IMG/VR virus record: IMGVR_UViG_3300032243_000799
Span: 1-62,089 of that record
Source of the DNA: a virus
Taxonomy: Duplodnaviria; Caudoviricetes
DNA: 62,089 nt
Strand: one strand, 5' to 3'
In this document: positions 37,536-45,366 of the stretch, piece by piece
Position numbering within the stretch: the stretch's first letter is position 1
Layout of the letters: each line of letters starts with the position of its first letter
The notes under the pieces: model-generated
Seen by the model: the letters and a program-made list of their open reading frames with translations, nothing else
What the model was told of the DNA's origin: nothing
Database searches by the model: none
Position numbers and translations under genes: made by a program

Positions 37536-37907
37536 ATGATACAATGGGTGACTGTGCTGATTACATTGATTGGTTTGGCCTATAATGGTGTAAAGGATTA
37601 TCAGAAGGGGGAGATAAAAATTCCCCAAATGCCACAAAAGCAAGTATTGACAAAACCAGTTTATCCGGTACAATACTGTGTAATGGCTTATGATCCTAAT
37701 TTAGATAGAGTTTTTTACTTACATGAAAACGGACAATGGTATGATTACGCTCCACAACAACGACGATATGAGTCCTCGCCGCAAGTACGGCAACAAAATC
37801 AAGTTGAAGGTTCGCAAGCCTTGGGAAACTCCTACGGGTCACAAGGAACATCGGGATACCGTTATGGACAATCGACCCAAGCGTCAGCGTACACGATGCG
37901 ACGTTGA
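37536..37907 (+). CDS. Membrane-anchored protein with Gln-rich tail
   Basis: MIQWVTVLITLIGLAY hydrophobic start, AGGTGG SD. Confidence 0.55.
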   Translation: MIQWVTVLITLIGLAYNGVKDYQKGEIKIPQMPQKQVLTKPVYPVQYCVMAYDPNLDRVFYLHENGQWYDYAPQQRRYESSPQVRQQNQVEGSQALGNSYGSQGTSGYRYGQSTQASAYTMRR

Positions 37908-37938
37908 CAGAAGTTGGCGAAAAGAGTATGATATGTAG
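37723..37938 (+). CDS. Basic small protein overlapping the previous ORF in another frame
   Basis: RKPWETPTGHKEHR...DNRPKRQRTR; TTGACA/TACAAT promoter at about 37648. Confidence 0.5.
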   Translation: MKTDNGMITLHNNDDMSPRRKYGNKIKLKVRKPWETPTGHKEHRDTVMDNRPKRQRTRCDVDRSWRKEYDM

Positions 37939-37941
37939 ATT

Positions 37942-38014
37942 GCCGGTATAACTCAGTTAGCAGAGTGTCAAATTTGTAATTTGAATGTCGTGGGTGCAAA
38001 TCCTACTACCGGCT
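37942..38014 (+). tRNA. tRNA-Thr(TGT)
   Basis: GCCGGTA/TACCGGC, TCAAA-TTTGTAA-TTTGA; T-loop TGCAAAT. Confidence 0.85.
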
Positions 38015-38053
38015 TTATAAGTCAAAAGAAAAAACGTATGTAAAGGAAGATGA

Positions 38054-38125
38054 TCCGGAGTGGTGAAACTGGTATCACAAACGGCTTTGGTCCGTTTATT
38101 CATGGATCGTACCCATGCTCCGGAA
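38054..38125 (+). tRNA. tRNA-Gln(TTG)
   Basis: TCCGGAG/CTCCGGA, AACGG-CTTTGGT-CCGTT; T-loop ATCGTAC. Confidence 0.82.
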
Positions 38126-38130
38126 TTAGA

Positions 38131-38202
38131 TGCCCTGTAGCACAACGGTTGTGCAAGATGCTGTTAACATCGAGGTTGTAGGTTCGAATCCTACCGGGGC
38201 AG
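38131..38202 (+). tRNA. tRNA-Asn(GTT)
   Basis: TGCCCTG/CGGGGCA, GATG-CTGTTAA-CATC. Confidence 0.9.
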
Positions 38203-38205
38203 TTA

Positions 38206-38292
38206 GGAAGAATGGCAGAGCGGTCTAATGCATCTGATTACTAATCAGAAGAAGTGTAAAAACTTCCGTGGGTTCGAATCCTACTTCTTCCG
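38206..38292 (+). tRNA. tRNA-Ser(ACT), long variable arm
   Basis: GGAAGAA/TTCTTCC with G73, TCTGA-TTACTAA-TCAGA, variable arm GAAGT..ACTTC. Confidence 0.85.
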
Positions 38293-38320
38293 TCGGAGGC
38301 TGACGTTGAGTTGCGAGTGT

Positions 38321-38392
38321 GGCCCCATAGTATAATGGCTAGTATATCGGGCTTTCATCCCGAAGATCGGAGTTCGATCCTCCGTGGGGCTA
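38321..38392 (+). tRNA. tRNA-Glu(TTC)
   Basis: GGCCCCA/TGGGGCT, TCGGG-CTTTCAT-CCCGA. Confidence 0.9.
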
Positions 38393-38458
38393 CTAAAGTT
38401 TTGGGTCTTGACAGGTCGATATTGGTATGGTAGACTGTTGGAACAAGAAAGGAAAGTG

Positions 38459-38626
38459 ATGATGAAGAACCTTCGCATCTATGATATTCTGACCGAGGAT
38501 GGTAAATCTCTGGCCGACATTCACCTATCCATACAAGAGGATTTTGATTGGTCAGACGTATTCGACAAACTGTATGATTTTACTACAGAAAATGTTCAGA
38601 GTTATTCTTATGAGGAAATTAAGTGA
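38459..38626 (+). CDS. Acidic hypothetical protein
   Basis: Promoter at 38408, AAGGA SD. Confidence 0.6.
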   Translation: MMKNLRIYDILTEDGKSLADIHLSIQEDFDWSDVFDKLYDFTTENVQSYSYEEIK

Positions 38627-38865
38627 ATAATTTTGAGATTGGTGATGTGGTTTGGTATGAGACTGGTTTTCATACTGCTAGTCGTGCTAGGATTGTTGGT
38701 ATTGGTGGTAAGGGTGTGACGAAAACCTATATTGTCCATTTTATTGATCATTCTTCCGATCAAGATGATGGTAGCGGATACAATAGAAGCCATTATTGTA
38801 ATGGTGGTATTCCTGTATCATGGCGAAAATGTAAGGCTATTGACTATATAGGGAACGAGAAGTAG
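38623..38865 (+). CDS. SH3-like hypothetical protein
   Basis: FEIGDVVWY...ARIVG. Confidence 0.6.
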   Translation: MNNFEIGDVVWYETGFHTASRARIVGIGGKGVTKTYIVHFIDHSSDQDDGSGYNRSHYCNGGIPVSWRKCKAIDYIGNEK

Positions 38866-38876
38866 AATACAGCCAT

Positions 38877-38950
38877 GGGCCTCTAGCACAATCGGCTAGT
38901 GCAAGAAACTTTTAATTTCTAGGTTGTGGGTTCGAGTCCCACGGGGCCCA
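38877..38950 (+). tRNA. tRNA-Lys(TTT)
   Basis: GGGCCTC/GGGGCCC, AGAAA-CTTTTAA-TTTCT. Confidence 0.92.
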
Positions 38951-39001
38951 CTTGACAGTTGATTTGTTTGGTGTATGATGGTGATAACGAAGGAGCAAGA
39001 G

Positions 39002-39178
39002 ATGAGATACGAAGATAACGAATCCTATAACTATGACTATGATGAGTTGGTTGAAAATGCCGACGAATTGTATACACAGGACGATGAGCCTTGGATGGAT
39101 GAATATGAGGATACTGATGATCTTCGTGAATATGATAGTTATTACCATAACGTAGCCGAAGAAATTGCTGACGATTGA
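39002..39178 (+). CDS. Very acidic, Tyr-rich protein (58 aa)
   Basis: AAGGAG SD; own promoter. Confidence 0.7.
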   Translation: MRYEDNESYNYDYDELVENADELYTQDDEPWMDEYEDTDDLREYDSYYHNVAEEIADD

Positions 39179-39282
39179 TTCTCTTCTGAATGGACGCAAC
39201 TTGGTGGGACAAGTATCTAAAAAAAGCACAAACGCTTTCTTCCTTTCTCTAGTACGTTCAAATCGTACCGTCCGTTTTTACC

Positions 39283-39789
39283 ATGAATATTCTGGAATCT
39301 GAAGTGGATGACTATCGTAAAACTTCTGATGGTAAAATTATCCAAGGTGCTAGCCACACTTGTCGTGTTCTGAATCACAAAGAACGCAATAAGATCATTA
39401 TCAAGGCAGTGTGCAACCTTCGGAAAATTAGTGATAATTTCGATAGTATTGTTTGTTGCGGCGTAAGTGGCCTCATGGTGGTTCCGCAAGTTGCTGAACT
39501 GCTGAATAAGAATATCATCATTATTCGTAAGAAGAACGAGAATTGTTATTCAGAATTTTCCATTGAGGGAGTATCACCCTTTAGGTATATTATCCTTGAC
39601 GATCTTATTTGTAGTGGCAATACTGTGCGGTATATACAACGGAGTATCAGCAGCGAATTCCCAAGGGCTAAGTGTTTAGGGTTATATTGCTATATTCCCG
39701 ACGAGTGTGCGTATACTTCCGAAACTTCTAAATTGTTTGAGCGTGACTTCCACATGCCTCTCCTAAATCCTTGCCCGACAAGGACTTAG
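39283..39789 (+). CDS. Type I phosphoribosyltransferase-fold protein
   Basis: IIILDDLICSGNT PRPP-binding loop; IVCCGVSG; IIIRKK. Confidence 0.8.
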   Translation: MNILESEVDDYRKTSDGKIIQGASHTCRVLNHKERNKIIIKAVCNLRKISDNFDSIVCCGVSGLMVVPQVAELLNKNIIIIRKKNENCYSEFSIEGVSPFRYIILDDLICSGNTVRYIQRSISSEFPRAKCLGLYCYIPDECAYTSETSKLFERDFHMPLLNPCPTRT

Positions 39790-39843
39790 GACGAGTTCGC
39801 GGGGCCGGGCTGGTCGTAAGTGCTTATCTCCCAACCACTTGCG
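39762..39843. repeat. 82-bp element A10
   Basis: CCTAAATCCTTGCCCGACAAGGACTTAGG + 24 bp + CGTAAGTGCTTATCTCCCAACCACTTGCG; supplies the stop codon of the PRTase. Confidence 0.92.
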
Positions 39844-39936
39844 ACACGAAATTTTTTCTCAAAGTTTCCGCTTGACAGTGCCGATAACATACTGTAGAAT
39901 GAGTGGAGTAGAACGAAGAACGATAACACGAAAGGG

Positions 39937-40893
39937 ATGATTATGCCTGCTGCTGTTGAAAAGATGATGTTCGTTGGTGAGACGCCGTGGCACGGTCTGG
40001 GCAATCAGTTGGATGAGGCTCCGACGATTGGCGAGGCTATTACCGCTGCCGGTCTGGATTGGGAAGTTGGTCTGAAGGATTTGCAGACCGTTGACGGCGT
40101 TCCGGTTTCGCATCGTGCGACCTACCGCAAGACCGATGGTAGCATCCTCGGTGTGGTTGGGCCTCGCTATACGCCCCTCCAGAATCAGGATGCTTTCGAC
40201 TGGTTCCAGCCGTTTCTAGATGCTGGCGAGTGCAATCTGCATACCGCTGGTTCGCTACATAGCGGTCAAAAGGTCTGGGTGCTTGCTCAACTCAACCGTG
40301 ACAATAGCGAGATCGTGAAGGGTGATGATGTCTGCAAGTTTATTCTGCTGTCGAATAGCCATGATGGCACGACTGCGATTCGCGTCGGATATACTCCGAT
40401 TCGCGTCGTTTGCGTGAATACTCTCGCGGCTGCTCACAGCAAGAGTAGTGGAAGCAAACTGATTCGTATTCGTCACACTCGTTCCAGCAAGAACAATCTG
40501 GAAAATGTGCGTGATATTATGGATAACATTAATGCTGAGTTTGAGGCGACTGCGGAACAGTATCGGTTCCTCGCGTCGAAGAATTTTAATCAGGCCGATG
40601 TTCGTCGGTATGTTAAGGTTCTGCTGGGTATAGAAGGTACTGTGGATGCGGATATTAAAACCCGCACCCGTAATATCATGGACGATATTCTGGCTCGTAT
40701 CGAAGGCCCGAAGCAAAGTGCTACTGGTGTTCGTGGAACCTACTGGGCTGCATACAACGGATACAATGAGTATCTCAATTATGCTAAGGGTCGAACCTCG
40801 GACAACCGACTCGACTCGCTCTGGTTCGGCCAGAACGCTAACGACAACGTGAAGGCACTGGAGACTGCTATGCAGTTTGCCAACGCCCTCTGA
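39937..40893 (+). CDS. DUF932 family protein
   Basis: TPWHGLG...AGLDWEV...YTPLQN...TAGSLHSGQKVW...LLSNSHDGT...TPIRVVCVNTL...WAAYNGYNEY. Confidence 0.88.
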   Translation: MIMPAAVEKMMFVGETPWHGLGNQLDEAPTIGEAITAAGLDWEVGLKDLQTVDGVPVSHRATYRKTDGSILGVVGPRYTPLQNQDAFDWFQPFLDAGECNLHTAGSLHSGQKVWVLAQLNRDNSEIVKGDDVCKFILLSNSHDGTTAIRVGYTPIRVVCVNTLAAAHSKSSGSKLIRIRHTRSSKNNLENVRDIMDNINAEFEATAEQYRFLASKNFNQADVRRYVKVLLGIEGTVDADIKTRTRNIMDDILARIEGPKQSATGVRGTYWAAYNGYNEYLNYAKGRTSDNRLDSLWFGQNANDNVKALETAMQFANAL

Positions 40894-40911
40894 TCGGTAA
40901 ACTTTAAACTG

Positions 40912-40955
40912 AGTCGCCGTAGGGGCTGCTAGAGGCTCCTGCGGCGATTCTATTT
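40912..40955 (+). terminator. Hairpin terminator after the DUF932 gene
   Basis: GTCGCCGTAGGGGC...GCTCCTGCGGCGAT followed by TCTATTT. Confidence 0.6.
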
Positions 40956-40973
40956 AGATACAGACCAACTCGA

Positions 40974-41055
40974 CGTAAGTGCTTGTGACATAAGGACTTA
41001 GGACGAGCCGGGGCCGCCAATTTAGTCGTAAGTTTAAGTGCCACAAGGGGTTACG
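40974..41055. repeat. 82-bp element A11
   Basis: CGTAAGTGCTTGTGACATAAGGACTTAGG + 24 bp + CGTAAGTTTAAGTGCCACAAGGGGTTACG. Confidence 0.9.
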
Positions 41056-41121
41056 CTCAATTCTATCAAAGAATCTCAAGTTACGTCATGTACAATCGAC
41101 GCAAGTGACGATACAATGGAG

Positions 41122-41150
41122 TGTAAGGTGTTGGTGTGTAAGGGTTTAGG
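41122..41150. repeat. Lone 29-bp palindrome (right boundary copy of family A)
   Basis: TGTAAGGTGTTG-GTGTG-TAAGGGTTTAGG. Confidence 0.65.
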
Positions 41151-41224
41151 ATAAGAATGATTTAGAGTTATGTCTAGATGACTAATTCTAAGTCTATTTT
41201 AGTTTTCATCCTATCTGTACCACC

Positions 41225-41261
41225 TAATCCTACGGATTTGCCGAACATGCCGATAGTCAGC
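41225..41261. repeat. Family B motif copy 4
   Basis: TAATCC-TAC-GGATTT-N14-TAGTCAGC. Confidence 0.85.
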
Positions 41262-41298
41262 CAAAAATCAGGGTCTTTTGTGCAGAGAGGAAATTTAA

Positions 41299-41448
41299 AT
41301 GCAAATTGATTTTAGTCCTAATGAAATGTGGAAGATTATTGATGCTATCAAGTCTTATCAAAAGGACTATGCTGTTACTGGGGCTGTTAGTAAAACTCTT
41401 AGTAATATTCTAATTAAACTTAAGAAGAAACTTAACTGTACTACCTAA
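41299..41448 (+). CDS. Small protein (49 aa) between two family B motifs
   Basis: GAGG SD; its stop is the TAA of motif B copy 5. Confidence 0.55.
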   Translation: MQIDFSPNEMWKIIDAIKSYQKDYAVTGAVSKTLSNILIKLKKKLNCTT

Positions 41449-41482
41449 TCCTACGGATTTGGCGAAGATGGCTGTAGTCAGC
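41446..41482. repeat. Family B motif copy 5
   Basis: TAATCC-TAC-GGATTT-N14-TAGTCAGC. Confidence 0.85.
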
Positions 41483-41654
41483 GAGATTAAGGAGTTACTT
41501 AAGAGTATAGTTTAAGAAGTTGATTGACCACTAATCGCCCCATGGTATAATTACACTTGTCAACGGAGCCAGTAGTCAGTCAGGGTTAAAGCCTTGGTGG
41601 AATATTGGAATCATGGGCAAAACGTAATTTTTTACTTTTACCATGAGGTGATTT

Positions 41655-41897
41655 ATGCAGAATGTTACTCTTAGTAGTGTTAACAGAGAAGAGATTCAAA
41701 GAAAGTATATTGACCACATATTAGGGTCATTAGACTTTATGGAGATCAAAGATAGATTAAGAGACTATCTTGAGATTGAAAAGCAGAAAGAATCTGATAA
41801 AGCCTTAGAGGCTGAGATTCTTCATGAGGCTCCTGATGTGTTAGTAGATAATTGGGAAGACTTTAGTGGTCCAACAACATTTACTAAAGGAGAATAA
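41655..41897 (+). CDS. Hypothetical protein
   Basis: GAGGTG SD. Confidence 0.65.
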   Translation: MQNVTLSSVNREEIQRKYIDHILGSLDFMEIKDRLRDYLEIEKQKESDKALEAEILHEAPDVLVDNWEDFSGPTTFTKGE

Positions 41898-41899
41898 TC

Positions 41900-42145
41900 A
41901 TGACTAGAACTTTTAATAGAATAATCACCTTTCATGTTCAGGGTGAAATCTACGATGATCATACTACTGCTGAAGATGTAATCAGAAATTATAATTTCAA
42001 TTATAAAGATTACAACGACGGTATTGATCAATCATACGTGCTTCTTGATCATAAGGATGCTAGAGGTCGAATCACTAAGATAACTAGACTTCCTAAGATT
42101 CATAGATGGAAGAAGCCTGATACTGAATTGTTTATTAATTTATAA
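41900..42145 (+). CDS. Hypothetical protein
   Basis: AAGGAG SD. Confidence 0.65.
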   Translation: MTRTFNRIITFHVQGEIYDDHTTAEDVIRNYNFNYKDYNDGIDQSYVLLDHKDARGRITKITRLPKIHRWKKPDTELFINL

Positions 42146-42198
42146 TATTCTTCTTTTGGATTATGGTGGGCTAATAGTTTTTCGCTATTAGTCTCACC

Positions 42199-42235
42199 TA
42201 ATCCTTTAGATTTGGAATTTTTGTAAGTAGTCAGC
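42199..42235. repeat. Family B motif copy 6 (degenerate)
   Basis: TAATCC-TTT-AGATTT-N14-TAGTCAGC. Confidence 0.7.
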
Positions 42236-42801
42236 GAACTCCGTTGGTCGATAGGCTTGCGACAGTTTGTGTGTGTTACCCTATAGTATCAGAATTTTTT
42301 TTGTGGTCAAGTGTGAATTTTTCTGATGTGGTGCAGGAGGAATAGTAATGGTTATATCTATTACTGATACTAGTTACTTAGATACAAGTTACTTAGTTAC
42401 TAAGATTCTAAAATACTAATGATCCCAACCGATGCATAATATATATGTTTATTTTTCACAGTTGTCAAGCAAACAAACCGTCTTAAAGATTTTTTTATTT
42501 TGATATGAAAATACTTGCGGCGACCAATCATGTTCCTATCATAGGTTGTGTGTTGTGTGAGGATTGAAATGATACTTAGTCCAGAAATAATCTTGAGTTT
42601 GACCCTACCATTGGTTAGTTCATCTGAACTTCTAAAGGTTGAAAAACCTATAGTCAAAATTAATGCCCCTACTAATAGAACTCCATACATTATAGATTCA
42701 GAAGATCTCTGGATAGATAGTGTCAATAGTTCAAGGACTGATAAAGTTATTACAAATAAGGATGTTGAATTCAAAATTAGAAAAGAATAAACTGTACTAC
42801 C

Positions 42802-42838
42802 TAATACTGCCCGATTGGTTTTATTGGTAATAGTCAGC
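42802..42838. repeat. Family B motif copy 7 (degenerate)
   Basis: TAATAC...TAGTCAGC with the same 29-nt offset; preceded by ACTGTACTACC as in copy 5. Confidence 0.65.
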
Positions 42839-43490
42839 GAGAATTTTATGGCCAAAAAGAAAGTTTGCAAATCAAAGAAACGATGTTCTAAAAAAGTTCT
42901 TAGTAAAGAGCCACTAGTTTATATAGAGCCCATACTTCAGAAACCAACCTTACTATCTAGAATTCTAAAATTTTTAGGATTTGAAAAATGACAATAGTAA
43001 GAAGGCAACTTTTCCCCACATTAATTCACGATGATTTTACCCGGTTTATAATATGTTCAGTAGGAATAGTTGTATGTGTGGCAATTCTTACTGGAGTCTT
43101 GAGATACTTTAATAGATAATCATGACACTAATGTTGCTATTTTGTCTCTTGCTGCTATACTATTTCCTATATATTTATCTAGTAGACATATTAGGCGGGC
43201 CAGATGAAAACTAAAGAATTTCACAAACCATTCATACAAAACCTCCTAGTAGTAGGAGTAATCACTGTACTAAGCATGGGATTTCTTAGATATTATTCAT
43301 ATAACCATATTTCTTCTCTGCATAAATCCCCACAGACATCATTTACCTCATCAATGAAACATGGTAAATAAGGGTATTTTCACGGTTTTTAGATCAGACT
43401 GTGAATTAAATTGGGCTATTTTTACTTATTAAATTTGGCCGTAGTTGAAATGGGTTAAAGTGGTCTAACGCAACTGGTCGATATTCTACC

Positions 43491-44392
43491 TTGACAACTA
43501 CTGTTGTTTCTGGTATACTGACTACTAGTAGTAATGGTAGTTTTCTTAATAATACTCGGGAAATAATGTATAAATCAATTTTGTTGACCGATAAGGAATT
43601 GGAACTTTTACACTCTATTCTGTCGTCTTATTTGACCACAAAATCGACCAAAAGCGACCATAATATAATTAATGCTCATATTCTTTTACGGGTCATTAGC
43701 AATAAAAATAGTAATGAAGCAAGAAATGAAATAGCGTTTTTTGGTAAATCGGGCTGAAATGGGAAAGAAATAGAACTATGGACTATATAACGGGCCTTAA
43801 ACCCACAAAAGTCGATTCTATTGAGCATAAAGGATACATTGTGGAACTTCATCACAATCCTATTCTCAAGTTCAAACCCTACTTGATAAGAGTATATTCA
43901 TACAATAATGATCCTTATGAGATAAGAGTAAATAAGATACAATTAGATCAATTTAATAAGATGATGGGTAATTTTGGTGGAAATGAACTAAAAGGTTTGG
44001 CCGATTTTATCAATAATTATTTGGAGAATAACTAATGAACATTAATCTTGATAAGCATGAAGTTGGCCTAATTCTTGACTCTCTGGAAAGTTACCAACTT
44101 GATATTGAGCATGGTCATGCTAGTGGGTATGAATATGCTTGGACTGAAACTGATGTGGAAAATCTGGCTAAATATCTGAATGGTATGCTGGAGAAAAATA
44201 ATGATTGATAACAAAACTCTACAAGAAATTGTTATTAAAGAATATGAAAAGTCCCAAAAGAATATTCAACCAGTATGGGTGAGTGAAGGATGGTACAAGG
44301 GTATTCCTAATTCTTTTAATTATTTTGCTTCTGGATTTGAAGCGGGCATTGAGTTTTATAAACAACAAAATATTGAGAATTCTATTCAGTAA
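43491..44392 (+). other. Cluster of small hypothetical genes (about 43491-43757, 43778-44035, 44035-44200, 44180-44392)
   Basis: Tightly packed + strand ORFs; starts uncertain. Confidence 0.55.
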
Positions 44393-44447
44393 TAATTAGT
44401 GTATTTTAGAGTATCAAAGGATTCAATTGCTCTAAAGTATTTAGAAA

Positions 44448-45134
44448 ATGACTAAAAATTCAAAATTGCTGGATGCAATAATAATAAGCGATACTCATTT
44501 AGGAAGTAGTGTTTGTGAGAGCAAACAATTATATGCTTTTTTAGGACTAATTTATACTAAAACAAATAAATTGATTATTAATGGGGATTTTTTTGATAAT
44601 CTAGATTTTCGTAGACTAAAGAAAAATCACTGGAAGATATTGTCTTTACTACGACGTATGAGTAAATATGTGGAAATAGTCTGGATAAGAGGAAATCATG
44701 ATGGTGATGCAGAAAGTATATCCCACCTAATAGGATTAGATTTTCAAAACGAATATATCTTTTCTAGCGGAAATAAAAATTTCTTGTGTTTACATGGTGA
44801 TCAATTTGATGATTTTATATACAAATATCCTAATACCACAAGAATAGCCGATTTTATGTATAGAACTATTCAGAGGTTTGATAAAAGATTTTTGCCTAAA
44901 TTTATTAAACATCGTTCAAAGACTTATCTAAGATGTAATGAAAATATGATGGAAAAATCTCGAAACTATTCAATAGATAAACAAATTGATTGTGTTTGTT
45001 TGGGCCATACTCATTATCCTTTACTTGACACAAACCATCCTATATGGTATGCTAACAGTGGATGCTGGACAGAAAAGACTTGCACTTATTTAGGAATAAA
45101 AGACGGTATAATAACTCTAGAAAAGTTTGTGTGA
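44448..45134 (+). CDS. Calcineurin-like metallophosphoesterase (LpxH-like)
   Basis: ISDTHLG, NGDFFD, RGNHD, LHGD, GHTH, NSGCW. Confidence 0.88.
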   Translation: MTKNSKLLDAIIISDTHLGSSVCESKQLYAFLGLIYTKTNKLIINGDFFDNLDFRRLKKNHWKILSLLRRMSKYVEIVWIRGNHDGDAESISHLIGLDFQNEYIFSSGNKNFLCLHGDQFDDFIYKYPNTTRIADFMYRTIQRFDKRFLPKFIKHRSKTYLRCNENMMEKSRNYSIDKQIDCVCLGHTHYPLLDTNHPIWYANSGCWTEKTCTYLGIKDGIITLEKFV

Positions 45135-45366
45135 CTATTATCATAATATGAGGTAATCAAAATGTCATATCTTAAAAAATATGGTAAACCTCGATAGTTG
45201 GGGCGACCAATGGTAGAAGATGATATGCTGTTCGATATTATAATGATTGTGGCTCTGGCTCTTATTACTTGGAGATTGTCTACTGTTAGTAATAGGTTGG
45301 AAATGAATATTATGGTTGTTCAGAGTTTACAGGCTAAAATAGACCAAATAGAAAAAACAAAATAAA

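Noticed and set aside
26599-41055. CRISPR array interpretation of the palindromic repeats
   Set aside because: Copies are degenerate, occur only in pairs 0.8-2.4 kb apart with a fixed 24-bp linker, and no cas genes are visible.
26599-41055. Classical integron attC sites
   Set aside because: No RYYYAAC...GTTRRRY ends, no covarying bottom-strand hairpin, no integrase in the window, and the modules carry their own promoters. Kept only as an analogy.
26599-41055. Rho-independent terminators or CIRCE/parS boxes
   Set aside because: The arms contain unpaired mismatches and lack U-tracts, and the consensus differs from TTAGCACTC-N9-GAGTGCTAA and TGTTTCACGTGAAACA.
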